Shown piece by piece: positions 45,924-54,976 of a stretch of 64,000 nt of DNA. Made by a program: the position numbers and the translations under genes. The stretch spans positions 1-64,000 of the IMG/VR virus record IMGVR_UViG_3300044643_000328. The stretch is one strand, 5' to 3'. Under the pieces are notes generated by a model, which saw only the letters and a program-made list of their open reading frames with translations, was not told the DNA's origin and made no database searches. Each line of letters opens with the position of its first letter. The stretch's first letter is position 1. This stretch comes from an uncultured virus (IMG/VR IMGVR_UViG_3300044643_000328) (Duplodnaviria; Heunggongvirae; Uroviricota; Caudoviricetes).

Positions 45924-46895
45924 TTAGCAATCTTCTAGTTTTTTGTTAAGCAGTAGAACCAGTCTGTAATAAACTTCTTTAGCTCCATAGTCTTTTATAG
46001 AGTCTGATGGGTCTTTACTCATAGGTAAAGCCGTGTATTCAATCTCTGGATAAAGTTCTTTATATTTTTCCATAGCTTTAATACCTGGGTCATCAAAGTC
46101 AAAGACTAAAATTACTTTTTTATACTTTTTAATATACTGTTCCATGAGTTCTTTACGAATCATAGAGTTTTCAGAGTCAGGTGCTATTATATCTACAGGA
46201 ATCTTAAGACTCTTCAAAGCCATCACATCCTTTAAAGAAGATGTAATAATCAAATACTTATTGTTTTTAAGTTGTTCTGAACCTTGAACGTAGTCTGCCA
46301 CTTTAATAAATTTCTTATCTAAAGTTTTGGGTTGATAGATCTTGTACAGAGTTCCGTCTGCTTTAAAGTAACCGTATAGATAGTTGCCTCTAATGCATAG
46401 TTCTTTGTCATCCTTAAGCATACAATAAGAATCTAAAGGTCTTATGTTATGTTCTGTAAGAAGTTTAGTTCCAATGTTAAACTGGGTCCAGAAGTACTGG
46501 TCTTGAGTTGACCATGATCTGAAAATAAATTTAGATACTTTATATCTAGAAGACTGTTTAAATTCTTTTACGTCATAACCACCATTATTGTGTAGTACAA
46601 AATCATTGTAGCTTTCTACAATAAGCTGACACACTTTATGGTAAGAAAGAGATGTTAACTCTTTTACAAGATCTATAGCAGATCCGCCTTTACCGGTTGA
46701 AAAGTCTTTAAACTTATAAACTTGTTTAGTATCTAGATAAATACACATGCTGGGTGTACGCTCTTTATCATTAAACAAGCTTTTAATTTTTATATCTTGA
46801 CCACTTAGTTTTTCTTTTAGTTTACAGAAGTGTTCAAATATCCAGGGTACAGGAACATCTTTGATATCATGTACTAAATTTTTAGTCTTAAACAT
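45924..46895 (-). CDS. DNA primase (DnaG-like TOPRIM, crAss-type)
   Basis: ERTPSM...FKDFSTGKGG (degenerate Zn-binding region), KIYQP, ITSSLKD, FDFDDPG, KDPSD. Confidence 0.85.
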   Translation of the reverse strand: MFKTKNLVHDIKDVPVPWIFEHFCKLKEKLSGQDIKIKSLFNDKERTPSMCIYLDTKQVYKFKDFSTGKGGSAIDLVKELTSLSYHKVCQLIVESYNDFVLHNNGGYDVKEFKQSSRYKVSKFIFRSWSTQDQYFWTQFNIGTKLLTEHNIRPLDSYCMLKDDKELCIRGNYLYGYFKADGTLYKIYQPKTLDKKFIKVADYVQGSEQLKNNKYLIITSSLKDVMALKSLKIPVDIIAPDSENSMIRKELMEQYIKKYKKVILVFDFDDPGIKAMEKYKELYPEIEYTALPMSKDPSDSIKDYGAKEVYYRLVLLLNKKLEDC

Positions 46896-46913
46896 AAGTT
46901 ACGTTAAGTATTT

Positions 46914-46947
46914 AAGAAAAAAATTGGGGGGAGTAGAAACTCCCCCC
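46914..46947 (-). terminator. Intrinsic terminator
   Basis: Minus strand GGGGGGAGT-TTCT-ACTCCCCCC followed by AATTTTTTTCTT. Confidence 0.75.
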
Positions 46948-46974
46948 TCTTGTTTGTATATTTACTGAACCATA

Positions 46975-47598
46975 TTACATTTCAAAGTCATCAGTAGCTG
47001 GTTCAAAGCTGCTAACTGGTTTGTTAGGTAAAGCTTTAAAGTGATACTGATTGTTCTTATCAAACTTATCTAACTTAGACTCTTCTTTAGAAGCAAACTT
47101 GTATTTAGGTAAAGATAACTTGGTAATAGTTTTACCGTTGTATTCTTCTTCTGTACCTTTTAAGAACCAATAGATGTTGTGTCCTTTTAATACGTCAGTA
47201 GCTGCTGCTACCCATTGCTCAATAGACGTGATGTTTTCTTTAGAAGAAATAGCATCAAGTTCTGTTCTAAGTCCAAGCTCTGTTGCTACAACAATAAGCT
47301 TGTTTAAAATATCGTTTTTATTAATATCATCAGAGTTAAATTGGTCTGTCCAAATAGTAGCTGAAACACGAGAAGATGGTCCAGAATACTTTGCTCCTTC
47401 TGGGTTGTCTTTGTCAATAGGCCAGCCTTCAAAACCTTCTGAGCCTTGACCTACTAGTGTTAATTCTAAAACTTTTTTGTCTCCTTTGTTAGATGTTCTA
47501 ACCTGTGAACTGTGGATGTGTGCATAAGCAACTCCTGGCTGTAATGACTTTAAAGTACCGCCACCTTGTTTTACTTCTTGTCCTGTTGTACTAAACAT
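46975..47598 (-). CDS. Probable single-stranded DNA-binding protein (DUF669-like OB fold)
   Basis: Lies next to the AAA_24 ATPase; LQPG..A.I N-terminal pattern; acidic C-terminal tail ...ATDDFEM. Confidence 0.55.
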   Translation of the reverse strand: MFSTTGQEVKQGGGTLKSLQPGVAYAHIHSSQVRTSNKGDKKVLELTLVGQGSEGFEGWPIDKDNPEGAKYSGPSSRVSATIWTDQFNSDDINKNDILNKLIVVATELGLRTELDAISSKENITSIEQWVAAATDVLKGHNIYWFLKGTEEEYNGKTITKLSLPKYKFASKEESKLDKFDKNNQYHFKALPNKPVSSFEPATDDFEM

Positions 47599-47631
47599 AC
47601 TTGTTTGAGTTTAATTGTGAAAAATGAGAAA

Positions 47632-48315
47632 TTAATTTTCGTATTCTGTTATAGACTTTTTTACAAAGTCTAGATCATTAGGTATCTCAACAGTAGAGAA
47701 CATACCCTTAGGGCTTTTACATGTATTCTCACCATTGTTTTGTGTTTCAAACACATAACGGATATTCCCGTCTTTGTCTTTCTTTACTTTACCAAAGAGT
47801 ACAATACTAAATAAGCCTTCTAAGCTAAGCTTTTCATCAACCATCTTACCGATAGTCTTTGCTTTAAACTTACGTTTGCCTTCTAGATCTGTAGATTCTT
47901 CAGCATGCGTCATAAAGAATATTGTAAGGTCTTCTCTAAGATCTTTAGGCATTCTTGCTATACGAGCTAAGTTTGCACCGATCTGAGTGAACTTTTCATA
48001 ACCTTTTTCATCACTTCTATCAAAGAACTCAAATGAGCTCATATACTGAAAGTCATCCACTACAATATTCTTGATGTCTGGACGCTTTTCACTTACATAC
48101 TTTAAGCATGCTTCTATCTGAGCTGATGATGAACCGGCATAAAGATTACCTGTAGGATTATCTTTACTCCAAGTTACATATTTGCTTTTCCAACCTTTGA
48201 AAGGTAGGGGTTTGTTTGCAACGTTTATAATAAACGTTTCTTTTGGATCAAGTTGTTCTATAGATGTAGACTTACCTGACCCACTTTCTGCAATAATAAG
48301 GATTCCTTGTGCCAT
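47632..48315 (-). CDS. AAA_24 / Sak4-like ATPase
   Basis: AESGSGKSTS, KPLPF, VVDDFQY, KAKTIGKM, KSPKGMF. Confidence 0.85.
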   Translation of the reverse strand: MAQGILIIAESGSGKSTSIEQLDPKETFIINVANKPLPFKGWKSKYVTWSKDNPTGNLYAGSSSAQIEACLKYVSEKRPDIKNIVVDDFQYMSSFEFFDRSDEKGYEKFTQIGANLARIARMPKDLREDLTIFFMTHAEESTDLEGKRKFKAKTIGKMVDEKLSLEGLFSIVLFGKVKKDKDGNIRYVFETQNNGENTCKSPKGMFSTVEIPNDLDFVKKSITEYEN

Positions 48316-48325
48316 ATGGGTTGTG

Positions 48326-48868
48326 TTATTTGTTACTCTTTATTAGATCATTTAACCAAGTCTTAGAGCTTACAGGCTTTCCTGTTTGAATGGCATAATA
48401 ATCTCTTATAGTCATATCACTATAAGGAGCGTCTTCCATTGGTGCAGGAGCTTTGTATGCAGCTACTGGTGGTTTAAATGAAGGTTTATCTGCTACTGCT
48501 GATCTGCCGCTGATTGCTACAGATGTTGCATTAACTACTCTTAGCTCTTCTAAGGGTACAAGATACGAACCTTTTTCATTAAGTTCATATTCTTCTTCAA
48601 AAGATGAGTTAGATGGGATTTTATAAACTGTGCGTTCTGCATCTAGAGGTTCTAAGTCTCTAGTGATAAGTTCAAAATAGAAACCTTTTTCTTTCTTAAA
48701 CTCTGATGCAAAGATTCCAACTACGTTACGGCCTTGTTTATCATAGAAAGCCATCTTCATATTGAAATCTGTTCTAGGAATCTCAAGATTATCTATCAAG
48801 TTTTGATGATAATCTCTGATACTTTCAAGCTTATTCTTTTTAAGCTCTTTGATTTCTTCTTGTGTCAT
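48326..48868 (-). CDS. Hypothetical protein
   Basis: C-terminal MTIRDYYAI motif is common in phage proteins. Start placed at MTQEEIK. Confidence 0.55.
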   Translation of the reverse strand: MTQEEIKELKKNKLESIRDYHQNLIDNLEIPRTDFNMKMAFYDKQGRNVVGIFASEFKKEKGFYFELITRDLEPLDAERTVYKIPSNSSFEEEYELNEKGSYLVPLEELRVVNATSVAISGRSAVADKPSFKPPVAAYKAPAPMEDAPYSDMTIRDYYAIQTGKPVSSKTWLNDLIKSNK

Positions 48869-48896
48869 TTTGCGTTTTTTTGTGTTTTGTAATATA

Positions 48897-49967
48897 TTAA
48901 AGTTCTTGTCCAACTTCTGCTGTTACAGTTCTTCTACCGCCCCCACCGCCACTTCTTTCACTATATCTTTGGTAAGCTGATGTAGCACCTTCTGGTCTTA
49001 AAGCTTTAAACTCTGGTACTTCTACCATCTGTTGACGTTGACCGTCCATCTTTAAGAACACAAGATTATTATTATCATTACCGTTTCTAATCTTTAATAG
49101 ATGCATGAATACATCTTCGTCTTCTACTTGATAAGCATAAGGTCCGTATACTTTTACATCTGCTTTAGCAGGTCTACTTAGTGCAATTACTAAATCTGAT
49201 CCTTGCATAAGAGCGTCACCGCCAAATATGTCACCAGATGTTGGGTAGTTTGCAATAGTACCAGCTGTTTTTCTAGATGCTTCATCTATAGAACGGTTAA
49301 GCTGAGTGATCATGATAACAATGATGGGAATCTTATTCTTAAGCTTCATAAGCATTTCTGTAGTGTTGTACAGAGTAGCTATCTTTTCTTTCTCATCTAA
49401 TCTTTTCTTAATCAACCAACTATGATCTATAGTAACAATCATAGGTTTACTTCCACCTTCTACATAAGCTTCTTGTATAGCTTCTTCCATGTCTGTATGA
49501 GTTAGTGATTCTGATATCACTTCTCTTATAAGACCGTGGGTTTCCATATCTCTACAATCTTCTATATACTTGTTGATGTTCTTTAGAGTGAAGTCATCAA
49601 GTTGTTTTTTAGTACTTAGTATAACACCGTAGTCTTGGGCCATTTCACCAGCAAACTGACGTGCAGCATACTGCTCATCACCCATCTCAAACTGAAACTC
49701 TAGGATGTTAAACTTCTGATCTGGATTTAGTCTACGTGCCTCTCTTAATATTTGAGAGACAATCATAGTCTTACCTGCACCAGGTCTAGCACCAATAGTG
49801 AGCATAGATCCCCATTCTAAACCATTGATACCAGCTTCATTTAAGCTGGGCCATGGAGTGAGTAAGGACTTTATCTCACCGTTTCTTCTTTTTGTTATAT
49901 ACTTGAAACCTTTTTCTAAAACGTTAACGTAGCTTTTACGCCCGTATTTCTTTTTTGGCTTATCCAT
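48897..49967 (-). CDS. dnaB: DnaB-like replicative helicase (RecA-fold domain only)
   Basis: GARPGAGKT, FEM, IDH, TQLNR, KIRNG. Confidence 0.88.
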   Translation of the reverse strand: MDKPKKKYGRKSYVNVLEKGFKYITKRRNGEIKSLLTPWPSLNEAGINGLEWGSMLTIGARPGAGKTMIVSQILREARRLNPDQKFNILEFQFEMGDEQYAARQFAGEMAQDYGVILSTKKQLDDFTLKNINKYIEDCRDMETHGLIREVISESLTHTDMEEAIQEAYVEGGSKPMIVTIDHSWLIKKRLDEKEKIATLYNTTEMLMKLKNKIPIIVIMITQLNRSIDEASRKTAGTIANYPTSGDIFGGDALMQGSDLVIALSRPAKADVKVYGPYAYQVEDEDVFMHLLKIRNGNDNNNLVFLKMDGQRQQMVEVPEFKALRPEGATSAYQRYSERSGGGGGRRTVTAEVGQEL

Positions 49968-49975
49968 ATGTAGAG

Positions 49976-50179
49976 TTAATTAAATGTTTCTTCTACAATA
50001 TTTCTAAACTCGTCTAATGATTCCATTTTAGCATCATAAACTGCTGTAGTTATCATATGATCAACTACTGAAATCAAAACTTCTTTACTTATGTATTTAT
50101 AATCTTGTGCTATAGGACCTATAACATCAGGGAGGGAGTTGTAGATTTCTTCTACTTTTTCTTGTTGTTCTTGTGTCAT
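49976..50179 (-). CDS. Hypothetical protein
   Basis: 67-aa ORF. Confidence 0.5.
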   Translation of the reverse strand: MTQEQQEKVEEIYNSLPDVIGPIAQDYKYISKEVLISVVDHMITTAVYDAKMESLDEFRNIVEETFN

Positions 50180-50361
50180 TGTAGTTTGAATTTTTGGGTT
50201 GTAAATATAAACAGTTTCATTGAAACAATCAAAAATATTTCTATGATAAAATACTTGTAAAACGGTATGTCTATAAGAAAGATATTTATCAGCTTCCAGT
50301 TTAAAATACTGAAAAGAATTGATAATATGGTTCTGTTTATGGCTTTTTCATATTTTCCCAT
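50176..50361 (-). CDS. Small two-TM membrane protein
   Basis: 61 aa with two hydrophobic segments. Confidence 0.5.
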   Translation of the reverse strand: MGKYEKAINRTILSILFSILNWKLINIFLIDIPFYKYFIIEIFLIVSMKLFIFTTQKFKLQ

Positions 50362-50364
50362 ATG

Positions 50365-50943
50365 TTATATGCTTTTTAAAATGTCTGGATTATCTAATAT
50401 CATCTGACAATAGTCAGCTAATATTGATCTACTAAGTTTGGTTTTTAAGTCAGTCTTCTGTATAAAATAACTGCTTGTAACCATGAAAGAATAGTTCTCT
50501 TTATGCTTGTTAAATATATAAAAGTCTGTAGCATCTAATACAAGGTTCCAGTCATATTCTGGATAGGTTTTAAAAAACCATACAAACTTGTCTTTAAGCT
50601 CTTGTACAGACTGTCTAGCTAATTCACCTGATGGTAGTTTAATAGCTGGAAATAATTCTCTATATTCTTTAATTCTGTCTAAGAAGTTATCACCTAATAC
50701 TTCGGTGGCTACTTTTTTCTTAGTCTTTACTAAGTAAGTTTCAAACTCATTAAGTATGTTTTGAGCAACATGACTTAGCTTACCATCTGCGTCAATTAAC
50801 CCTTTGCTCTGACATATTAGAGCTTCTGCTTCTACATTTATAATGCCTGTAGGCTTAATCTTCTGTCTGCAGCAATCCAAAAAGTATACTTGATTCGGAC
50901 TCAAATTGTTCTTGATCAAGGTCATCCATAGCTGATGTGTCAT
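50365..50943 (-). CDS. Hypothetical protein, possibly replication initiator/helicase-loader-like
   Basis: N-terminal winged-helix-like segment and YRELFP...YFI.K pattern; lies between the DnaA-like gene and dnaB. Confidence 0.45.
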   Translation of the reverse strand: MTHQLWMTLIKNNLSPNQVYFLDCCRQKIKPTGIINVEAEALICQSKGLIDADGKLSHVAQNILNEFETYLVKTKKKVATEVLGDNFLDRIKEYRELFPAIKLPSGELARQSVQELKDKFVWFFKTYPEYDWNLVLDATDFYIFNKHKENYSFMVTSSYFIQKTDLKTKLSRSILADYCQMILDNPDILKSI

Positions 50944-51376
50944 TGTATTTTTGTTTTATGTGTTTGATAATTTTTAAGTACTTTTCTTTAAAAGGGTCAC
51001 TAGTTTCAATAAGGTTAGAGAATGTAGTGGTGTTGTGTAACACTGTAGTGTGATCTCGGTCACCAAGGTATTCTCCAACATGCGTGCAGGTATACCTCAT
51101 CATTCTAGCTATAGCACAGAATATGTTTCTAAGCTCTACTATTTCACGGTATCTGCGGACAGACCCTAAAGGTACTTTCTTGCCAAACTTCTCTGGTAAA
51201 AAAGGTTCAAACACTTCTTCTAGGTTCTCAAGGCTGATTATGGGTAAATAATCATCTTTCTCTGTATTAATTTTAGTAATAACTAAAGGGTAATACCCCA
51301 TCTTCTTAAAGAAGGTTTCTTTAAACTCATCAATAAGCTTTCTCTCAAGCTTTTTGGCATAGATTACTGTATCCAT
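50855..51376 (-). CDS. DnaA domain IV (Bac_DnaA_C)-like DNA-binding protein
   Basis: RRYREIVELRNIFC...THVGEYLGDRDHTTVLH matches the DnaA signature RDHTTV. No AAA+ domain. Confidence 0.75.
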   Translation of the reverse strand: MDTVIYAKKLERKLIDEFKETFFKKMGYYPLVITKINTEKDDYLPIISLENLEEVFEPFLPEKFGKKVPLGSVRRYREIVELRNIFCAIARMMRYTCTHVGEYLGDRDHTTVLHNTTTFSNLIETSDPFKEKYLKIIKHIKQKYNDTSAMDDLDQEQFESESSILFGLLQTED

Positions 51377-51491
51377 AAATTTCTAATGTTTATTCACAAA
51401 TGTAGATTATTTCCTTAATATTTCGTATATTATAATGTAGAGTTTATAGAAAATCTACACTTTTTACGTTTATATATAAACTATTTATACC
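51377..51491. promoter_or_regulatory. Divergent control region between the replication and lysis/late operons
   Basis: Leftward TACATTTG (-7 element, 51397-51404); DnaA box TTATTCACA (51390-51398); rightward GTATATTATAATGTAGA (51425-51441); inverted repeat tgtagatt (51401-51408) / aatctaca (51452-51459). Confidence 0.6.
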
Positions 51492-52238
51492 ATGGCTAAA
51501 AAATTTTATGCCCAAAAAGACGCTCTAGGGTTCCCAATCCCGGGTATTATGATGAGTGCATCAGAAGTTCCTGCAGTAGCTAACGTATTGGAAATCACTA
51601 AAGTAATGAATTTACCAGCTCATCCTGCTGGGCTTTACTACTACATTCGTGTAGATAGAAAAGGAGATATTCTACCTAATAGTTTGTTCATTCATTATGG
51701 ACCTTCAAGTGAAACTGATATAGTAAGTCTTCAACAACCTCTTTCAGTAAACTACACTATAGCTCAATCAGCTTTAGGTGGTACAATTGCTTACATTTTA
51801 CAAGCTGGTGATCCTGGTTATGATGCTAATGTTCAACATGGAATTGTTGTTAGTAGTAGCAATATTGATACTTCAGCTATATGGGGATGTAGTGGAACTA
51901 CTATTACCGGTGCAGATGGTACAGCTATTGGTACAGGTAGACAAAATACACTAGATGTTGTGGCAGGTTGTAACTTCCCTGTTAGTGCTGCAGCAATATG
52001 TAACGATTTAGATTTAGGTGGTTATACTGACTGGTTCTTACCTAGTAAAGATGAATTAAGTAAAATATATGCAAATAGAGTAGCTCTTGGTTCAGGTCTT
52101 GGTGCTTTTGGTGCTTTTTACATAAGTTCTACTGAAGCTAGTGATACTACAGCATGGGGTCAAAACTTCACGAATGGTGTACAGTTTGGTTACCCTAAAG
52201 ATCAAGGAATGTATGTAAGAGCTATTAGAACCTACTAA
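51492..52238 (+). CDS. DUF1566 (Lcl C-terminal, C-type-lectin-like) domain protein
   Basis: DWFLPSKDEL...YISSTE...AWGQNF..G.Q...K...VRAIR. Confidence 0.75.
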   Translation: MAKKFYAQKDALGFPIPGIMMSASEVPAVANVLEITKVMNLPAHPAGLYYYIRVDRKGDILPNSLFIHYGPSSETDIVSLQQPLSVNYTIAQSALGGTIAYILQAGDPGYDANVQHGIVVSSSNIDTSAIWGCSGTTITGADGTAIGTGRQNTLDVVAGCNFPVSAAAICNDLDLGGYTDWFLPSKDELSKIYANRVALGSGLGAFGAFYISSTEASDTTAWGQNFTNGVQFGYPKDQGMYVRAIRTY

Positions 52239-52253
52239 ATCATTTGTTAAGTC

Positions 52254-52550
52254 ATGACTAAAGAGAATCCATCTATAGCAGCTTTTAAGGTGTGGATATT
52301 TCCATCCTTAGTGTCTCTTGTAAGTTTACTCATTTGGAATGATGTAAACGAAATAAAAGCTGACGTTAAGTTGTTAATGGCTCAGTCTAATATAGACAAG
52401 ACCAGGATTGATAACTTGGAACGTCAGATATTTAAAGCAGCATCAGCACCAGTAGCTCCTGCACCACAAGTTCCTGAACATCAAGAAGTTGTAGCAGTTT
52501 TACCTGATGATAAAGCTTTTAAACTAAAAACAATTAAGTATGACTTTTAA
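52254..52550 (+). CDS. Single-TM coiled-coil protein (lysis-associated, holin-like)
   Basis: N-terminal TM segment followed by a coiled coil; located in the lysis cluster. Confidence 0.45.
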   Translation: MTKENPSIAAFKVWIFPSLVSLVSLLIWNDVNEIKADVKLLMAQSNIDKTRIDNLERQIFKAASAPVAPAPQVPEHQEVVAVLPDDKAFKLKTIKYDF

Positions 52551-52782
52551 ACAATGGGCTTTAGATCTTTTTAAAGATGAGCGTGGATCTACCTCTATTA
52601 AACCAGTGGTAGGTTTTATGTGTGCATTGTTTCTGTGTGTAACATTAACTGCTAATAGCTTCTCTCATGGTGATATTAAACCATCAGATGCTTTAGTAGA
52701 ATCTGTTATGTATATCTGTATAGCAGCCTTGATTGGTGATACAGGTGATAAGTTCTCATTTAAAAAGAAAACCGATGAATAA
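52540..52782 (+). CDS. Probable holin
   Basis: 80 aa with two TM segments, G..SIK motif and basic C-terminus; upstream of the endolysin. Confidence 0.6.
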   Translation: MTFKQWALDLFKDERGSTSIKPVVGFMCALFLCVTLTANSFSHGDIKPSDALVESVMYICIAALIGDTGDKFSFKKKTDE

Positions 52783-53401
52783 GATATACATCTTTATTAT
52801 AGGCTTGTTAGTAGTCTTTGTTCTTTTACAGAATAAAGGGTGTGTTGGAGGAGGGGACCGTCCAAAATCTGATACGCTTGTAGTGCATGACACTACTTGG
52901 TCTGTACACGATAGCTTGATTTATTCTAAGCCTTTGCCGGCTAAGATTATTCATGATAGCTTGTTTATAGAAGGTAAGACAGAATACTTAGCTGATACTA
53001 ATTATGCTGCTCTAAAGATACAGTTTGACAATCTTGTTAAGATGTATACTGCGTTAGCTATTTATGTAGACAGTGTAAAATTAGATACACTAGGCTATGT
53101 TATGGTTACTGATACTATTAGAGAGAATAAACTTACAGGGAGATCTTGGAAGTATAACTACAAGATCCCATTTGTCACTAAAACTGTGACAATTACTAAC
53201 CAAGCTCCTGCTAAAACACAATTGTATGTAGGTGGTGGCATTGGTACAACTCAAACCTTAGGAATTAACTCTGCAGAAGCAGGGCTTATTCTAAAAACTA
53301 AATCAGATAAGATTTACGGACTTAAAGCCGGATCTGATATAAACGGTAACATTTCTTATGGATTCCAGACGTACTGGAAGATTGGTAAAAAAAATAAATA
53401 G
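52775..53401 (+). CDS. Spanin-like envelope protein
   Basis: MNKIYIFIIGLLVVFVLLQNKGC signal/lipobox-like N-terminus, DT-rich stalk, amphipathic beta-strands ending YWKI. Confidence 0.55.
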   Translation: MNKIYIFIIGLLVVFVLLQNKGCVGGGDRPKSDTLVVHDTTWSVHDSLIYSKPLPAKIIHDSLFIEGKTEYLADTNYAALKIQFDNLVKMYTALAIYVDSVKLDTLGYVMVTDTIRENKLTGRSWKYNYKIPFVTKTVTITNQAPAKTQLYVGGGIGTTQTLGINSAEAGLILKTKSDKIYGLKAGSDINGNISYGFQTYWKIGKKNK

Positions 53402-53402
53402 T

Positions 53403-53534
53403 ATGAAAAAGATTATTGAATTAGTAAAGAAGTTCTTATTTGGTAGCAAGATACAGAAGGCTGTAGTTGCTGCTGAAGTAGTAAAAGAAGTTAAGAAAGT
53501 AGCTCCTAAAGCTACAGGTAAGAAGAAGAAGTAA
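53403..53534 (+). CDS. Small Lys-rich protein (not in the ORF track)
   Basis: MKKIIELVKKFLFGSKIQKAVVAAEVVKEVKKVAPKATGKKKK*, 43 aa. Fills the gap before the endolysin. Confidence 0.55.
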   Translation: MKKIIELVKKFLFGSKIQKAVVAAEVVKEVKKVAPKATGKKKK

Positions 53535-53548
53535 TAAACACTATACAT

Positions 53549-54148
53549 ATGAATTTAGAAAAGCTTAGGGGGCACGTTCCGGATACTGTAATTGCACAGA
53601 TCCCAGGTGTCATGGATGCATTTGGTGTTAATACACCACTGCGTCTTGCACATTTTTTAGCACAGTGTGGTCATGAATCAGGTGGATTCAGACTTACTCA
53701 AGAAAACCTTAACTACTCAGCTAAAGGTTTGATGGGTATTTTTAAGAAATACTTTCCTACACAAGCGTTAGCTGATGCTTATGCTCGTAAACCGGAAAAG
53801 ATTGCTAACCGTGTATACGGTAATAGAATGGGTAATGGTCCTGAAGCATCAGGAGAGGGGTTCAAGTTCCGTGGAAGAGGCTATATCCAATTGACGGGTA
53901 AGCAAAACTATACTGCTTTTGACTTAGCTGTACCTGATGATATCCTTGCTAATCCTGATTTAGTATCTACTAAACATGCGTTAGCGTCTGCAGCTTGGTT
54001 CTGGAAAAAGAACGGTTTAAATCTTATTGCTGATACTGGCTCTTCTACAGAAGTAGTAACCAAAATTACCAAGCGTGTAAACGGTGGTACTATTGGTTTA
54101 GCTGATCGTATCAAACACTTTAAAGAATATCACGCATTACTTGCATAA
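53549..54148 (+). CDS. GH19 (chitinase-like) endolysin
   Basis: AHFLAQCGHESGG, ENLNYS, FRGRGYIQLTGK, AAWFW, RVNGG. Confidence 0.92.
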   Translation: MNLEKLRGHVPDTVIAQIPGVMDAFGVNTPLRLAHFLAQCGHESGGFRLTQENLNYSAKGLMGIFKKYFPTQALADAYARKPEKIANRVYGNRMGNGPEASGEGFKFRGRGYIQLTGKQNYTAFDLAVPDDILANPDLVSTKHALASAAWFWKKNGLNLIADTGSSTEVVTKITKRVNGGTIGLADRIKHFKEYHALLA

Positions 54149-54160
54149 AAACCAATAGTT

Positions 54161-54286
54161 ATGGCTAAACCTAAAGCTGGTGAATCTAGAAAGGTCACCT
54201 TTGGTAAAAGAAAGGGAGGAAGATCACGTAAAAGTGATGGTCCTAAAGATAAGCATGTTAAAAAATACAGAGGGCAGGGGAAGTAG
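54161..54286 (+). CDS. Small basic protein ending KKYRGQGK (not in the ORF track)
   Basis: MAKPKAGESRKVTFGKRKGGRSRKSDGPKDKHVKKYRGQGK*, 41 aa. Confidence 0.6.
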   Translation: MAKPKAGESRKVTFGKRKGGRSRKSDGPKDKHVKKYRGQGK

Positions 54287-54319
54287 AAATACTTAGCTCT
54301 CTAAAAAATATATAGAGTT

Positions 54320-54976
54320 ATGAGAGCACTCGTTATTAGTTACAGTCAAAAGTTTTTTCAGAAACTTTCAGAACTGTTAGTTAAAATATTCATAGTCTTT
54401 GTTGGACTATGGATGATATTTGCATTAACCATTCAAGGTTATATGCTCTACTTGCACTTTTCTGGGCAAGAAGATAAGACTTTAGCAATTTCTAACTGGT
54501 TCAGTTGGAAGTTTGATGGTACTTTTAAGAATAATCCAGATAATATCTGGTATGAAGAACCTAAGAAGATAGATATATCTTCTGTAAGTAATAAAGTTGT
54601 TGTAGGGTCTTTAGCCGGTAACCGCAATTTAGAGTTTGGGCTAAAGAATATTTTAGAAGAGGTAGTTCAAGAGAAAGATTATGAACTAGATAAGACTTCT
54701 AATCTTAAAATTACTGCAGAAATTGTATATCTAGATGTATTAAAAACACAGTCTAGTTTTTCAGTGTTACACAACAATAAAGAGTCCGTTGTTATTAGAC
54801 TTAAAGGCTATTTATACAAAGATGGTAAGGTTGAGAAGAAAGCAATGGTAGAAGAATCAGCTGACGAGGTGAGCATGTCTGCTCTTCTTGTAGATGAAGG
54901 AGGTAAGTTTAACCAACAAAATTTAAGTTCTGCTTTAAAGAAGGCTTCTGTTTCATTGGTAAATAAACTATTATAA
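54320..54976 (+). CDS. Membrane-anchored envelope protein, possibly CsgG/LptE-like alpha/beta fold
   Basis: N-terminal TM; ISSVSNK..FGLKNILEE..ITAEIVYLD..VIRLKG..C-terminal helix SALKKAS, paralleling the CsgG-like gene downstream. Confidence 0.5.
   Translation: MRALVISYSQKFFQKLSELLVKIFIVFVGLWMIFALTIQGYMLYLHFSGQEDKTLAISNWFSWKFDGTFKNNPDNIWYEEPKKIDISSVSNKVVVGSLAGNRNLEFGLKNILEEVVQEKDYELDKTSNLKITAEIVYLDVLKTQSSFSVLHNNKESVVIRLKGYLYKDGKVEKKAMVEESADEVSMSALLVDEGGKFNQQNLSSALKKASVSLVNKLL

Noticed and set aside
20075..49967. Inteins or self-splicing introns in the RNAP, PolB, primase or DnaB genes
   Set aside because: Catalytic motifs are contiguous, with no C...HN-C/S/T intein ends or LAGLIDADG blocks. 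The HNH gene is free-standing between intact genes.
52100..52238. Complete diversity-generating retroelement
   Set aside because: No template repeat or reverse transcriptase was seen in the window. Kept only as a low-interest lead.
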